NCBI GenBank assembly: GCA_963835065.1
Contig: CAWIEK010000043.1
Location: forward strand, 10,693 to 74,692
DNA: 64,000 nt
Direction: 5' to 3'
DNA from: an uncultured Chthonomonadaceae bacterium
GTDB taxonomy: Bacteria > Armatimonadota > Chthonomonadetes > Chthonomonadales > Chthonomonadaceae
Position numbers and translations under genes: made by a program. A model generated the notes under the pieces. The model did no database searches and was not told where the DNA came from. It saw nothing but the letters and a program-made list of their open reading frames with translations. Shown here in pieces: positions 1 through 9,172 of this stretch; the stretch's first letter is position 1; each line of letters starts with the position of its first letter.

Positions 1-13
1 GAGGCAACACACG

Positions 14-3000
14 ATGACGCTGCAAACAAAGTGCCGTATCACGCTGCTGGGCAATGTGTGCGTATGCCTGCCCGACCGCGAAATCACGCGCTTTCGTACG
101 CATAAAACCGGCGTATTGCTCGGCTGCCTCGCGCTGCGCCTGCCGGCCCAACTCAACCGCGATACTCTTTTGGAACTGTTCTGGCCCGAACTGGAAACGG
201 AAGCGGCCCGCAACAATCTCAGTACCGCGCTTAGTTCGCTGCGCGCCCAGTTGGAACCGCCGGATGCCAAAGGCCGCTTACTGCTGGCAGACCGGCTGCA
301 GGTCGGGCTGAACCCGGAAGCCGTCGTTACCGATGTCATGGAGTTCGAGCGGTTTCTGGATGCCGCGCGCCTCGCGGCAGCGGAAGAAACGGGCGCCGGC
401 CTGCTGGAACAAGCCCTCGCCCTGTATCATAACGGCCTCATGCCGGGCTGCTATGACGACTGGATTTTACCGGAACAAACGCGCCTGCGCGAGCGCTGCG
501 CCAATGCGCTGCGCCAACTGGCACAGGTCTACGGAACGCGAGGCCAGAACGAGGCCGCTCTGAACACCGCGAACCGCCTGATCGCCCTTGATACGCTTGA
601 CGAGGAGAGTTATCAAATTAAAATGCGGCTGCTGCTGCAAGAGGGGCGCGCGGCTGCCGCGCAGGAAACCTTTGAAGCCCTGAAAACCCTGCTGCAGCGG
701 GAACTGGGGGTCGAGCCGGAAGAAACCACGCGCCGTCTTCTAACCTCGCGGGAGCCGGGACAGGAACAAGCCATGCCTGCGCGGGTATCAACCCTGCGCA
801 GCCTTGCCATTCCTGAACCGCCTTCCGCCCCGCCTCCATCCCCCGTCTTGCCGGACGAAAAAGAAGCGTCCGAAGCAAAGAAGTTGGGGGAATGGAAGGC
901 AGGGCAAGGCGGTTCCTCCGCTCTGGAAACACAAGCCGCGTCCGAAGAAGCGCAAACCTTCCGACCGGAACAGGCCGGAGCGCGGGAAATGGAGACAGCC
1001 GCGCCCTTGCCTCTGCAATTGACGCGCTTTTTCGGACGCCGCGAAGAACTCGACAGGCTGCTGGCCTGGCTGCAGCCGGATAGCGCCTTCGCGAACCCGG
1101 AAGAAGCAGGCGCGGCTGCGCCGCGCCTGGTCACGCTCACCGGGCCGGGCGGCGCGGGCAAAACGCGGCTCGCCCTGGAAGCGGCGGCGCGGCTGTCCCA
1201 TGCCTACCGGGGGCGTATACGTTTTGTCGCGCTGGCGGATGTTCCGCATCCCCGCCTGCTTTCCTTCGCGCTGACCCATGCGCTGCGCCTGCCCCCTGCC
1301 GCCGATCCCCTGGAAGGCGCGCTGGAATGGCTGCAAAACGGCCCCTCCCTGCTTGTGCTGGATAATTTCGAGCATCTGCTGGATAGCGAGGAGAAATCCG
1401 GCAAGATGGAACACCGCATTGCTTCTCCCTCCGCAGCCTGGGCGCGGCTGCTGTTGGAACGCGCCCCCGGGCTGACCTGCCTGGTGACTTCGCGGCGCGT
1501 ATTGGGATTGCAGGGTGAACAGGAACTTGCTTTGTCCTCGCTGGCCCTGCCGCGCGGTCCCGCCGATCCCGTCGCGCCGGGAGAATGTGCCAGTGTGGCG
1601 CTGTATGTGGATCGGGCGCAGCAGGCAAAGCCGGATTTCGCGTTGACAGCCGCTAATGCCGAAACCATCGGCGACCTGTGCCGCCGACTGGAAGGGATGC
1701 CGCTTGCGATTGAAATGGCCGCCGCCTGGACCAAAATCATTACGCCGCATAAAATGCTCGAGCGTATGGAGCATCAACTGGATGTGCTGGTAAGTCGGCG
1801 CCGCGACCTGCCCGCCCGCCATCGCAGTCTGCGGGCCACATGCGAATGGAGTTACGCGCTGCTGTCGGAGGACTTGCAGCGATTTTTCGCGCGCCTGTCG
1901 GTGTTTCCGGGCGGCTGTACCCTGGAATCCGCGGAAGCCGTATGCGGAGGTGACGCGCTGGAACATCTGGCGCGATTGCAGGAACACTCTCTCCTTGTCG
2001 TGGAAACGCCCCGGCAGCCGGAAGAAAGCGCGCGCTATCGCCTGCTGGAACCCCTGCGCGCGTTTGCCGCCGAAAAACTGCGCCAGGGTGAAGATGGACG
2101 CGAAACACAGGCGCGGTTTGTGGATTATTTCCTTGAGTTCATCATGGCTCTTGCGCCCAAAATGGAAGAAGCGGGTTCCGGCGCGTCGGTAGAGCGGCTT
2201 GACGCCGAGCATCGCAACATCATGGCGGCCTTACGCGGCAGCCTCATTACGGAAAGCAGGATACAAAATCAAGCGGAAGGTGAGCAGATTCAGGCGGGTA
2301 TGCTGGTATCCCGCGCCTTACGCGCCGCGCTGGAACTGCGCCTGTTCTTTACCCACAGGGGCTATCACGAAGAGGCTCTGGATTTTTTTCAAATGGCGCT
2401 TGCGCTTCCCGAACTGCAGCAAAATCAGGAAGCGTATTCCGATCTTCTCAGCGCGGTCGGCAATTGCTTCAAGGACATGGCGCGTTTTGCGGAGGCGTAT
2501 GCCTTTCATACGCGCTGCCTGGCGATCCGGCAGGAATTAGGCGATTCGAAACGAACCGCTGCCACGCTGCATAATATGGGCAACGCGCTGTATGGATTCG
2601 GCAAAGACAGCGGCAATCGCAAATTGTGCCTGGATGCGATGGCGTATTTGCTTGACGCGCTGCAAATCAATCGTCAAATGGGCAATACGGTATGGGAAGC
2701 GTATAATCTGAATTCGCTCGGCTCGGCGGCAAAAGAATGGGGCGATCTGGAACTCGCCCGGCGTTACTACGAACAGAGTCTGCAATTACGCCGCGAACAT
2801 AAAAACATTCCCGGCATCTCCCATGTATTATTCAATCTGGGCAACCTCGACAGAATACAGGAGGATTACGACCATTCTTTGACGTACTTCCGCGATGCGC
2901 TGACAACAAGCCTGGAATCCGGCGACCGAGCCACGCTGCTCAGGACGCTGGACTGCATGGCCCTGATTGCTTGCCGCCAACAACAATGGCCGCGCGCCAC

Positions 3001-3202
3001 GATATTAATTGGCGCAAGCAGCGCAGCCTTGAACCGCTTTGCGATGCAGCGCATCCCGGAGGAGCAAAGCGGCATCGAAGCCACTGTCCATACCCTTTGC
3101 CGACAAATGGACGCGGACGCCTATTCCCGCGCGCAGCAGCAGGGAAGCGCTATGAGTTTGGAAGAAATAGCGAATTTCGCTTCTTCTCACGCGATTGTTT
3201 AG
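14..3202 (+). CDS. SARP/BTAD-domain transcriptional regulator with NB-ARC-type ATPase and C-terminal TPRs
   Basis: N-terminal wHTH/BTAD-like region (LLELFWPE...ARNNLS, YDDWI), Walker A GPGGAGKT, LLVLDNFEHL, GMPLAIE, TPR-like C-terminus. Confidence 0.9.
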   Translation: MTLQTKCRITLLGNVCVCLPDREITRFRTHKTGVLLGCLALRLPAQLNRDTLLELFWPELETEAARNNLSTALSSLRAQLEPPDAKGRLLLADRLQVGLNPEAVVTDVMEFERFLDAARLAAAEETGAGLLEQALALYHNGLMPGCYDDWILPEQTRLRERCANALRQLAQVYGTRGQNEAALNTANRLIALDTLDEESYQIKMRLLLQEGRAAAAQETFEALKTLLQRELGVEPEETTRRLLTSREPGQEQAMPARVSTLRSLAIPEPPSAPPPSPVLPDEKEASEAKKLGEWKAGQGGSSALETQAASEEAQTFRPEQAGAREMETAAPLPLQLTRFFGRREELDRLLAWLQPDSAFANPEEAGAAAPRLVTLTGPGGAGKTRLALEAAARLSHAYRGRIRFVALADVPHPRLLSFALTHALRLPPAADPLEGALEWLQNGPSLLVLDNFEHLLDSEEKSGKMEHRIASPSAAWARLLLERAPGLTCLVTSRRVLGLQGEQELALSSLALPRGPADPVAPGECASVALYVDRAQQAKPDFALTAANAETIGDLCRRLEGMPLAIEMAAAWTKIITPHKMLERMEHQLDVLVSRRRDLPARHRSLRATCEWSYALLSEDLQRFFARLSVFPGGCTLESAEAVCGGDALEHLARLQEHSLLVVETPRQPEESARYRLLEPLRAFAAEKLRQGEDGRETQARFVDYFLEFIMALAPKMEEAGSGASVERLDAEHRNIMAALRGSLITESRIQNQAEGEQIQAGMLVSRALRAALELRLFFTHRGYHEEALDFFQMALALPELQQNQEAYSDLLSAVGNCFKDMARFAEAYAFHTRCLAIRQELGDSKRTAATLHNMGNALYGFGKDSGNRKLCLDAMAYLLDALQINRQMGNTVWEAYNLNSLGSAAKEWGDLELARRYYEQSLQLRREHKNIPGISHVLFNLGNLDRIQEDYDHSLTYFRDALTTSLESGDRATLLRTLDCMALIACRQQQWPRATILIGASSAALNRFAMQRIPEEQSGIEATVHTLCRQMDADAYSRAQQQGSAMSLEEIANFASSHAIV

Positions 3203-3372
3203 CATCTGTCCGGCTTGATACGAAAAGGGTTCAAGCTAATCTTGATGGCTGTTTTCGTCATGTTCTCAGCATTGTCCTCACCTCAATGGTTTGTTGGCGC
3301 AGTTCGGCGTCTGGCCGCTCGTGAGAATTCTCGCAGCGCGCCCGCGTCGCAGTGCGGAAGGAGTGATGTAAT

Positions 3373-3459
3373 ATGTCTAAACTTGTTACCAATCGCACTG
3401 TTTCCCCCACACATCACGCGCCGACTGCCGGCTTTGCAATCGCGCTGTGCCGTCGCTAA
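3373..3459 (+). CDS. Putative 28-aa leader peptide (MSKLVTNRTVSPTHHAPTAGFAIALCRR)
   Basis: AAGGAG SD upstream, ATG 3373, TAA 3457-3459, followed by a terminator-like hairpin ahead of the RIO kinase. Confidence 0.4.
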   Translation: MSKLVTNRTVSPTHHAPTAGFAIALCRR

Positions 3460-3568
3460 CTCTCGCATGACAGTTTAGCGAACGTGTCGCCTGACGCCCG
3501 CGCCTGAAATTACAGGCGTGGTTGTCGCGCGCCGCCACGCGCAGCGAATTTTCCTGCAAACCTATCCG

Positions 3569-3600
3569 AGTCGCGGGCCGATGTGCCTGCGGCTTTTTTT
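3569..3600 (+). terminator. Intrinsic terminator/attenuator hairpin
   Basis: agtcgcgggc-cgatgt-gcctgcggct followed by a T run. Confidence 0.65.
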
Positions 3601-3728
3601 GTTGAGGGATAAGCCAGTGATAAGTGCTGAATGATGAATGATGAGTAAACTGCATCGTGTTATTCATCACTCATCATTCATCATTCAGCATTGTTTGTCC
3701 CTCAACTCTCAATCCTCAACTCTCAACC
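3601..3728. repeat. Heptamer repeat hairpin (ATGATGA/TCATCAT) plus CTCAACT array
   Basis: tgctgaatgatgaatgatga...tcatcattcatcattcagca, then (ctcaact)x~4. Confidence 0.85.
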
Positions 3729-3746
3729 TTTTGGAGTGCCCAACCG

Positions 3747-4709
3747 TTGACGAACCCATACCACACGGATTTTACAAGCGATTTTGAAGACGTGACCGAA
3801 CCTGATAGCAGCGTGGAACAACTGCTGCAAGCCGAACGCTGGAGCCATTACGAGGAAGAAGAGGGCGCGGCGCGGCAGAAAACGCCTGCCGGTCCTAAAG
3901 CCGCTGCCAAGTCTGCCAAAACAAAAGTGTCCGGCACGCGCATCGTGGAACAAAACGAGGAAGGAGAGTACGCGGGGCCGTTTGCCAGTTTCTATGCCGA
4001 CGAACTGATTGTCGGAACGCCCACGCTGGTGAAAAGCGGCAAGGAAGCGACGGTTTACTGCTGTCAGGCGCACCCCCGTATGAAGGCCGCGACGGGACAC
4101 GACTGGCTTGCCGCCAAACTCTATCGTTCCCGCGAAAACCGGAGTTTCAAGAACTACAGTGTGTACCAGCAGGGGCGCAGCACGCTGAACACCCGAATGG
4201 ACAAAGCCATCGCCCAGAAATCGGCCAAAGGGCTGGCCGCGCAGTTCGGGCTATGGATTGCGGCGGAATACGAAACTCTGTCGCGCTTGTACGCGGCAGG
4301 CGCGGACGTGCCGCGTCCGTATGCGCAGGCAGAAAGCGCCATTCTCTTTGACTATTACGGCAGGCCGGGAATGGCCGCGCCACAATTGCAGCACATCCGC
4401 TTGCGCCCGGACGAAGTGGCTCCCTTGTTCGCGCAAATGAAGCGCAATCTCGCCCTGTGCATGGAGTGTGACCGCGTACACGGCGACCTATCTCCCTACA
4501 ACATCCTGTATTGGGAAGGCGAACTCAAAATCATTGACTTGCCGCAGGCCGTAGACCCGATGGACAACCCGGACGCCTACGACTTGTTCGTGCGCGATGT
4601 GGCAAACGTGTGTGATTACTTCGCCCTGCACGGCCTTGTCACGGACGCCAAGCATCTAGCCCTGTCACTGTGGCTCGATTCGGGACGCCCGCATCCGAGG
4701 AAGGGGTAG
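3747..4709 (+). CDS. RIO1-family atypical protein kinase/ATPase
   Basis: KSGKEATVY, AAKLY, HGDLSPYNIL, IIDLPQAVD motifs; GGAG SD before TTG 3747. Confidence 0.9.
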   Translation: MTNPYHTDFTSDFEDVTEPDSSVEQLLQAERWSHYEEEEGAARQKTPAGPKAAAKSAKTKVSGTRIVEQNEEGEYAGPFASFYADELIVGTPTLVKSGKEATVYCCQAHPRMKAATGHDWLAAKLYRSRENRSFKNYSVYQQGRSTLNTRMDKAIAQKSAKGLAAQFGLWIAAEYETLSRLYAAGADVPRPYAQAESAILFDYYGRPGMAAPQLQHIRLRPDEVAPLFAQMKRNLALCMECDRVHGDLSPYNILYWEGELKIIDLPQAVDPMDNPDAYDLFVRDVANVCDYFALHGLVTDAKHLALSLWLDSGRPHPRKG

Positions 4710-4711
4710 GA

Positions 4712-4786
4712 AGATAAGAGATAAGAGATAAGAGATATGAGTACAAGTCTGTACTACTCATATCTCTTATCTCTTATCTCTTATCT
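4712..4786. repeat. Heptamer repeat hairpin (AGATAAG/CTTATCT) between convergent genes
   Basis: (agataag)x3...(cttatct)x3; contains the stop codon of the anti-sigma gene. Confidence 0.9.
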
Positions 4787-6539
4787 CCAACCGGATGGTA
4801 ACGCGAACGCGGGCTTCGGGCGTTTTATCGTTGGCGGAAGGCTTTGGCTTCGCAACGGCAGGCGCAGAAGGCAGAGGCGCGGCTTCCGATTTCATGCGGG
4901 AGTGTTGGGTGGAAGGCGCGACATTCTGCGATTGAGAAGGGTGTCCATTGTTGTCCGTGTCAGTGGTATCCCCTTTCGTGACAGAGTTGACGCCGTTGAC
5001 GGGAGCGCCGGCTGCAATGTGGGACTGTGTTCTCCAGGAAGCAGAGGCAAGGGGCTTGCGTTCACCAAGCGCGTCGAGCCGGGACAGCAGGGCAGGCAGG
5101 CGACTTGCAGGAACATCCAACGTCAGCGTAGTCGCCTGCTCGCTATCCCCGGAAGGAATCTCCTTGACGCTTGTAACCACGCCGCCGCTGCTTGTAACCG
5201 CCTGATTGACGGCAGCGCGGCTTTGCTCCACATTGCCGACAAGCAATAGAATATCGTTATCCGCCTGCTTACGGTAGCGAGATTTCTGCGCAATGGCATG
5301 GGAGTTCCGCGCAAGGGAATGGGACATTTTACCGGATACCGATGCCTTCGCAACTTTGGCAGGGGGAACAGGAGGCCGCATGCCCGCCGCGCTTTTCGAA
5401 GCGACAGCGCCCTTGCTTTGTGGCGTAGTGGTTGCGCCTGACAGCAAATTGGCAGGCGTCTCCATTTTATTTTGATGCGAGCTTGTACTGGCGGCGTCCT
5501 CTGCCGGGCCGTTGACGCCTGATGGCGCGGCAATGCGCGCGGCAGGCGGCACAGGCCGACTTTCACGACGGTTCTGCGCGAGGGCTGCGGGGTTGGAAGC
5601 CCTGTTCTTCTGGGTTTCCGACGTACTCAGGGTGGCAGGGTCAGAGACATTATCCGCAGGCGCATCCTTGTCCGTGGCAAGCGGCGCGGGCGATGCTGTT
5701 TTACCGGCATACCGCCCCGCAGCGTCGGCAATGAGAGGGGGCGGGATGGACGGCGAAGAAGGGGAAGTCGGCGCAGAATAGAAAGACTTTGCCTTATCTT
5801 CACGCGCTCCGGCAGATTTTGCCGCGCTTGTCTCCTGCGCCGCCACTTCCCCCGCCGCGCTTGCGCTTCCTGTTGTGCCGCTTTCTGCGCTTGCGCTTCC
5901 CCCTGTGCTGCCCCCCGCGTTTGCGCTGCTGCCCGGAGCAATACCCGCGTTTATCTGTGCGGATGCTTTTGGCGCTTCCGGCGTTGCCGCCGAAGAAGCG
6001 ATAGATGCCGCCCGCATCGCGGAATTGTCATTCTTCATAAACAGGGGCGACAGCACCACGCATAACAGCAGCGCGGACGCCACCGCTCCCCAAGCCAACA
6101 CGAGACGCGGCTTACGGCGCGGACGCGAAACCGCTCTTTCCGCCACAGGCATGGCATGGGGAACGGCAGCCAGAATCCGGGCGCGCAGTTGCGGCGAAAG
6201 GGCGTCTTCCTCCCCCTCCTGTAACCGTTGGCTGAATTCCCGCATAGCCTGCATCTCCTCGCGGCAATGCGCGCAATTGTCCATATGCCTGCGAACGCTT
6301 TGCCGCGCCCACCATCCCAACTGCCCATCCTGATACGCCTTTAATTCCGGCGCAAACGGATCACAGGCGGGGGTTGAGGGGGCAGGAAGTGATGAGTGCT
6401 GAGTGATGAGTGATGAATGGGATTCTGCATTGTGTTCATCATTCATCATTCCGCGTTCAGCATTTCCCACTGTTCCCTGTTCCCTGTTCCCTGTTCCCTG
6501 TGTCTCCTCTTCTTCTTTTCTTCTTTTCTCTTCACTCAC
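4767..6539 (-). CDS. Zinc-finger (zf-HC2) anti-sigma factor with TM segment and long Ala/Pro-rich extracytoplasmic region
   Basis: HMDNCAHC (HxxxCxxC), TM helix, GTG start overlapping the sigma TGA (GTGA). Confidence 0.8.
   Translation of the reverse strand: MSEEKRRKEEEETQGTGNREQGTVGNAERGMMNDEHNAESHSSLITQHSSLPAPSTPACDPFAPELKAYQDGQLGWWARQSVRRHMDNCAHCREEMQAMREFSQRLQEGEEDALSPQLRARILAAVPHAMPVAERAVSRPRRKPRLVLAWGAVASALLLCVVLSPLFMKNDNSAMRAASIASSAATPEAPKASAQINAGIAPGSSANAGGSTGGSASAESGTTGSASAAGEVAAQETSAAKSAGAREDKAKSFYSAPTSPSSPSIPPPLIADAAGRYAGKTASPAPLATDKDAPADNVSDPATLSTSETQKNRASNPAALAQNRRESRPVPPAARIAAPSGVNGPAEDAASTSSHQNKMETPANLLSGATTTPQSKGAVASKSAAGMRPPVPPAKVAKASVSGKMSHSLARNSHAIAQKSRYRKQADNDILLLVGNVEQSRAAVNQAVTSSGGVVTSVKEIPSGDSEQATTLTLDVPASRLPALLSRLDALGERKPLASASWRTQSHIAAGAPVNGVNSVTKGDTTDTDNNGHPSQSQNVAPSTQHSRMKSEAAPLPSAPAVAKPKPSANDKTPEARVRVTIRLEIRDKR
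6387..6500 (-). repeat. In-frame heptamer repeat cassette in anti-sigma N-terminus
   Basis: Encodes QGTGNREQGTVGNAERGMMNDEHNAESHSSLITQHSSL. Confidence 0.85.
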
Positions 6540-7183
6540 CGGCGTTTCTCCCCGCCCGCCCTGGATGGCTGCGCCTGTGTCGTGCCTGTTGGCAGGGTGG
6601 TACCGGTCACGGCTTTGTTGGTTTCGCCGGGTTCGGGATTGCCTTCCACGTAGCCGCTCAGTAAATCGCGCAAGCGCCGAAAGGCCGTGAACATGCGTGA
6701 CTTTACGGTTCCTACCGGTATTTGTAAAATTTGGGCGCACTCCTGGTACGACAATCCCTGTAATTCGCACAAGACCACGACATTGGCATGGCCGGGCGAT
6801 AATTGGTGCAGCGCGTGTTGTATCTGTTCCGAAAGTTCGCGTTTGGCCGTGTGCTGAGAAGGGTCGGCATGCCAGTCGGAGTCGGGCAACACCTGTTCAT
6901 CCAGCGGCAAATTGTCGCCGCGCTTGCGCTGGCAATGGCGCAGGCAATGGTTCACGGTGACGCGGTAAACCCAGGTTGAAAGCGAGGAGCGTCCGCGAAA
7001 ACTGCCGATGCTGCGGTGCAGGTCGCAAAACACTTCCTGCGTCACGTCCTCGGCGTCGGTCGGATTGGTGACGTAGCGGCGCACAAGCCGATGGACGCGC
7101 CCGCCATAGGCATCTACGAACTCCTCGAATGCCTGTCGCTCGCCCTGCTGCCAGCGCCGGACCAGTTGTTTTTCGTCCTGCAT
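6536..7183 (-). CDS. ECF RNA polymerase sigma-70 factor
   Basis: DAEDVTQEVF, STWVYRVTVN, GLSYQECAQILQIPVGTVKSR. Confidence 0.95.
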   Translation of the reverse strand: MQDEKQLVRRWQQGERQAFEEFVDAYGGRVHRLVRRYVTNPTDAEDVTQEVFCDLHRSIGSFRGRSSLSTWVYRVTVNHCLRHCQRKRGDNLPLDEQVLPDSDWHADPSQHTAKRELSEQIQHALHQLSPGHANVVVLCELQGLSYQECAQILQIPVGTVKSRMFTAFRRLRDLLSGYVEGNPEPGETNKAVTGTTLPTGTTQAQPSRAGGEKRR

Positions 7184-7253
7184 GTAGGTTCGTTCCCGAC
7201 AATACGCGCCCCGGCGGATTGCGCCTATCCGTACTTTCGCTTCCTCCAACCCG

Positions 7254-7281
7254 TTAGGTACATCCCACGCCCAAAAAGTTC
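7254..7281 (-). promoter_or_regulatory. Putative ECF autoregulatory promoter GAACT-N16-TACCTAA
   Basis: Lies ~70 nt upstream of the ECF sigma start; same spacing as the promoters at 14925-14952 and 48070-48097. Confidence 0.5.
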
Positions 7282-7401
7282 ACGCGCCGTCATTTATACT
7301 ACCGGCGTGTGAGAAGTTCGTCTTGTAGGGGCTTGATTCATCACGCCGATTTTGGTGCATCTTGAATTTTCGACACGCCGGTAGTACAAGAGTAACAACA
7401 C

Positions 7402-7436
7402 AAAAAGCAGCATCTGCCGAGAAGCGATGCTGCTTT
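7402..7436 (-). terminator. Intrinsic terminator
   Basis: aaagcagcatc...gatgctgcttt hairpin downstream of the 7465-7815 gene. Confidence 0.65.
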
Positions 7437-7464
7437 CTGAAGCGTTTTGCGCAGGCGAAGCCTG

Positions 7465-7815
7465 TTACTTGTCGCTGTCGCCCTTCGGCTTGCCCTGTGC
7501 CGTATGGTTTATGTCTTTGGACGTCTGGTTAGCCATGCGATTCGTGTGCTTGGAAGCGCGATTGGTGTCGCGGTTGGCGCTTTTGGAGGCCCGGTTCAGA
7601 TCGCGGTTCGCGCTCTTAGAAGCGCGGTTAGTATCCCGATTTGCGCTCTTGGACGCTTTGTTCAAATTTCGATTGGCGCTTTTGGACGATTTATTCAGGG
7701 AGCGGTTCAAGTGCGCGGTCGCGTGTTTCAGGTCGTTCTTATCGTCGGCGCGAACCGGCAGCGTATACAAGCCTGCCAGCGCGCAAGCCAGGAACGGAAG
7801 TAGTCGTAATTTCAT
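7465..7815 (-). CDS. Secreted protein with 11-aa tandem repeats
   Basis: Signal peptide, then ~5 x (L/T)NRASKSANRD; AGGA SD. Confidence 0.75.
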   Translation of the reverse strand: MKLRLLPFLACALAGLYTLPVRADDKNDLKHATAHLNRSLNKSSKSANRNLNKASKSANRDTNRASKSANRDLNRASKSANRDTNRASKHTNRMANQTSKDINHTAQGKPKGDSDK

Positions 7816-8168
7816 GATTGCTATGTATCCTCACGATGTTAGTTTCATTGGCAACAAACAAAAAGCGCAGACAGGCGGCGTCGCCCATGCTTTTATCTGC
7901 TTACTTTTAGATGGCATCCGTCCTGTTGCGGCGTCCGGCGGATTGCGCGGAAGTCTGACGGTAAGCATAGCGGTTTTGTTCCCGTTAATTCTTCCAGTCT
8001 GATGCGCTTTCTGCGGCACATTTTGAAAGATTTTCTATTTTTATGTCGGGCTGTATTGACGGCGAACAAAGATAACGAGTATCATAGCGGTGTTATTCTT
8101 TCCAATACACTTCGGCAGTACCTCTCAACGCTCGTAGTAATTCTTCTCACGCAGGAGCAGTCACGATC

Positions 8169-9041
8169 ATGTTGCTTGCCGTAAAATTCCGCCTGTTGCT
8201 GGCGGTATTCCTTCTGTGTAGTATGGTTCCTGCTGCAAACGCGCAGCTTTATGGCCTGTCCTCCAGCACCCCCGGCAGCCTGTACGCGCTGGATAGCGCC
8301 ACAGGAGCCGCCACCTTTATCACCAATATCTTCGGAGCGCAGCAGACAACCCTGGTCGGCCTGGCCTTTCTGGACAGCAGGCTGTATGTCAGCGATGTAC
8401 TGAATCTGGCCGGCACGGACTATACGTTCGGCGTTCTGAACCCGCTTACAGGCGCGTATGCGCCCCTCAACAATCAGGGCGGCTCTGCAAACTGGCAGGC
8501 ACTGACGCGCAATCCCAATGCCGACGTGCTGTACACCGTTGACAATGACGCGGCAGGCGAGCCACTATTAACCGTCACCGCATCGGGCGCGATTGCCACT
8601 GTGGGAAACACAGGGCTTGGCGATGATGTGGGTGGGCTGGCGTATGTCAATGGCATCTTGTATGCCGTTACGTCCGACGGCGTGGGAAGCAATGCCCTGT
8701 ATACGCTGGACACAAGCACGGGAACCGCGACTCTGATCGGCGCTCTGGGCATCTTCAGCACCCGCTATGACCTTGCCTACGATTCTGACAGCGGAATGCT
8801 GTGTTTGAATACTGGCACGGACAACACTGCTGCCGACAATCAGTTGTATACCATTGACACGGCGTCCGGCGCGGCTGCGGCAGTCGGGGCCAACGGCGCA
8901 ACGGCAGGATTCGGCATAGACGGCCTGGCCTACCGCCCAACGGACATTACATTCGTCCCGGAACCCGGCGCATGGAGTTTGTGCGGCGCAGGCCTGGCCT
9001 TGCTTGCCATGAACGCGACTCGCAAGCGGCTGATCAGATAA
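8169..9041 (+). CDS. PEP-CTERM sorting-domain protein
   Basis: Signal peptide, LY(T/A)LDxxTG repeats, VPEPG + TM + basic tail. Confidence 0.9.
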   Translation: MLLAVKFRLLLAVFLLCSMVPAANAQLYGLSSSTPGSLYALDSATGAATFITNIFGAQQTTLVGLAFLDSRLYVSDVLNLAGTDYTFGVLNPLTGAYAPLNNQGGSANWQALTRNPNADVLYTVDNDAAGEPLLTVTASGAIATVGNTGLGDDVGGLAYVNGILYAVTSDGVGSNALYTLDTSTGTATLIGALGIFSTRYDLAYDSDSGMLCLNTGTDNTAADNQLYTIDTASGAAAAVGANGATAGFGIDGLAYRPTDITFVPEPGAWSLCGAGLALLAMNATRKRLIR

Positions 9042-9056
9042 GGATGAAGGAAGTTA

Positions 9057-9150
9057 TGAGTGCTGAGTGCTGAGTGATGAATGAGGATTCTGTTCATCAT
9101 TCATCACTCAGCACTCAGCATTTCCTCCTATTCCCTGTTTCCTGTTCCCT
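9057..9150. repeat. Heptamer repeat hairpin (TGCTGAG/CTCAGCA) plus CTGTTCC remnant
   Basis: tgctgagtgctgagtgatgaatga...tcattcatcactcagcactcagca. Confidence 0.85.
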
Positions 9151-9172
9151 TCCTCATCATAGGAGCGACACG

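Noticed and set aside
788..2212. Long antisense ORFs opposite real genes (e.g. 788-2212, 35427-36548, 61667-62650)
   Set aside because: Shadow ORFs expected at high GC, with no recognisable motifs.
6540..6770. N-terminal extension of the 667-aa ORF 4767-6770
   Set aside because: It overlaps the sigma gene; the GTG at 6539 coupled to the sigma stop is the more plausible start.
7325..7347. GTAG-type REP-like sequences (also near 48372-48390 and 55104)
   Set aside because: Single degenerate copies with no paired partner or RAYT gene in the window; too weak to call.
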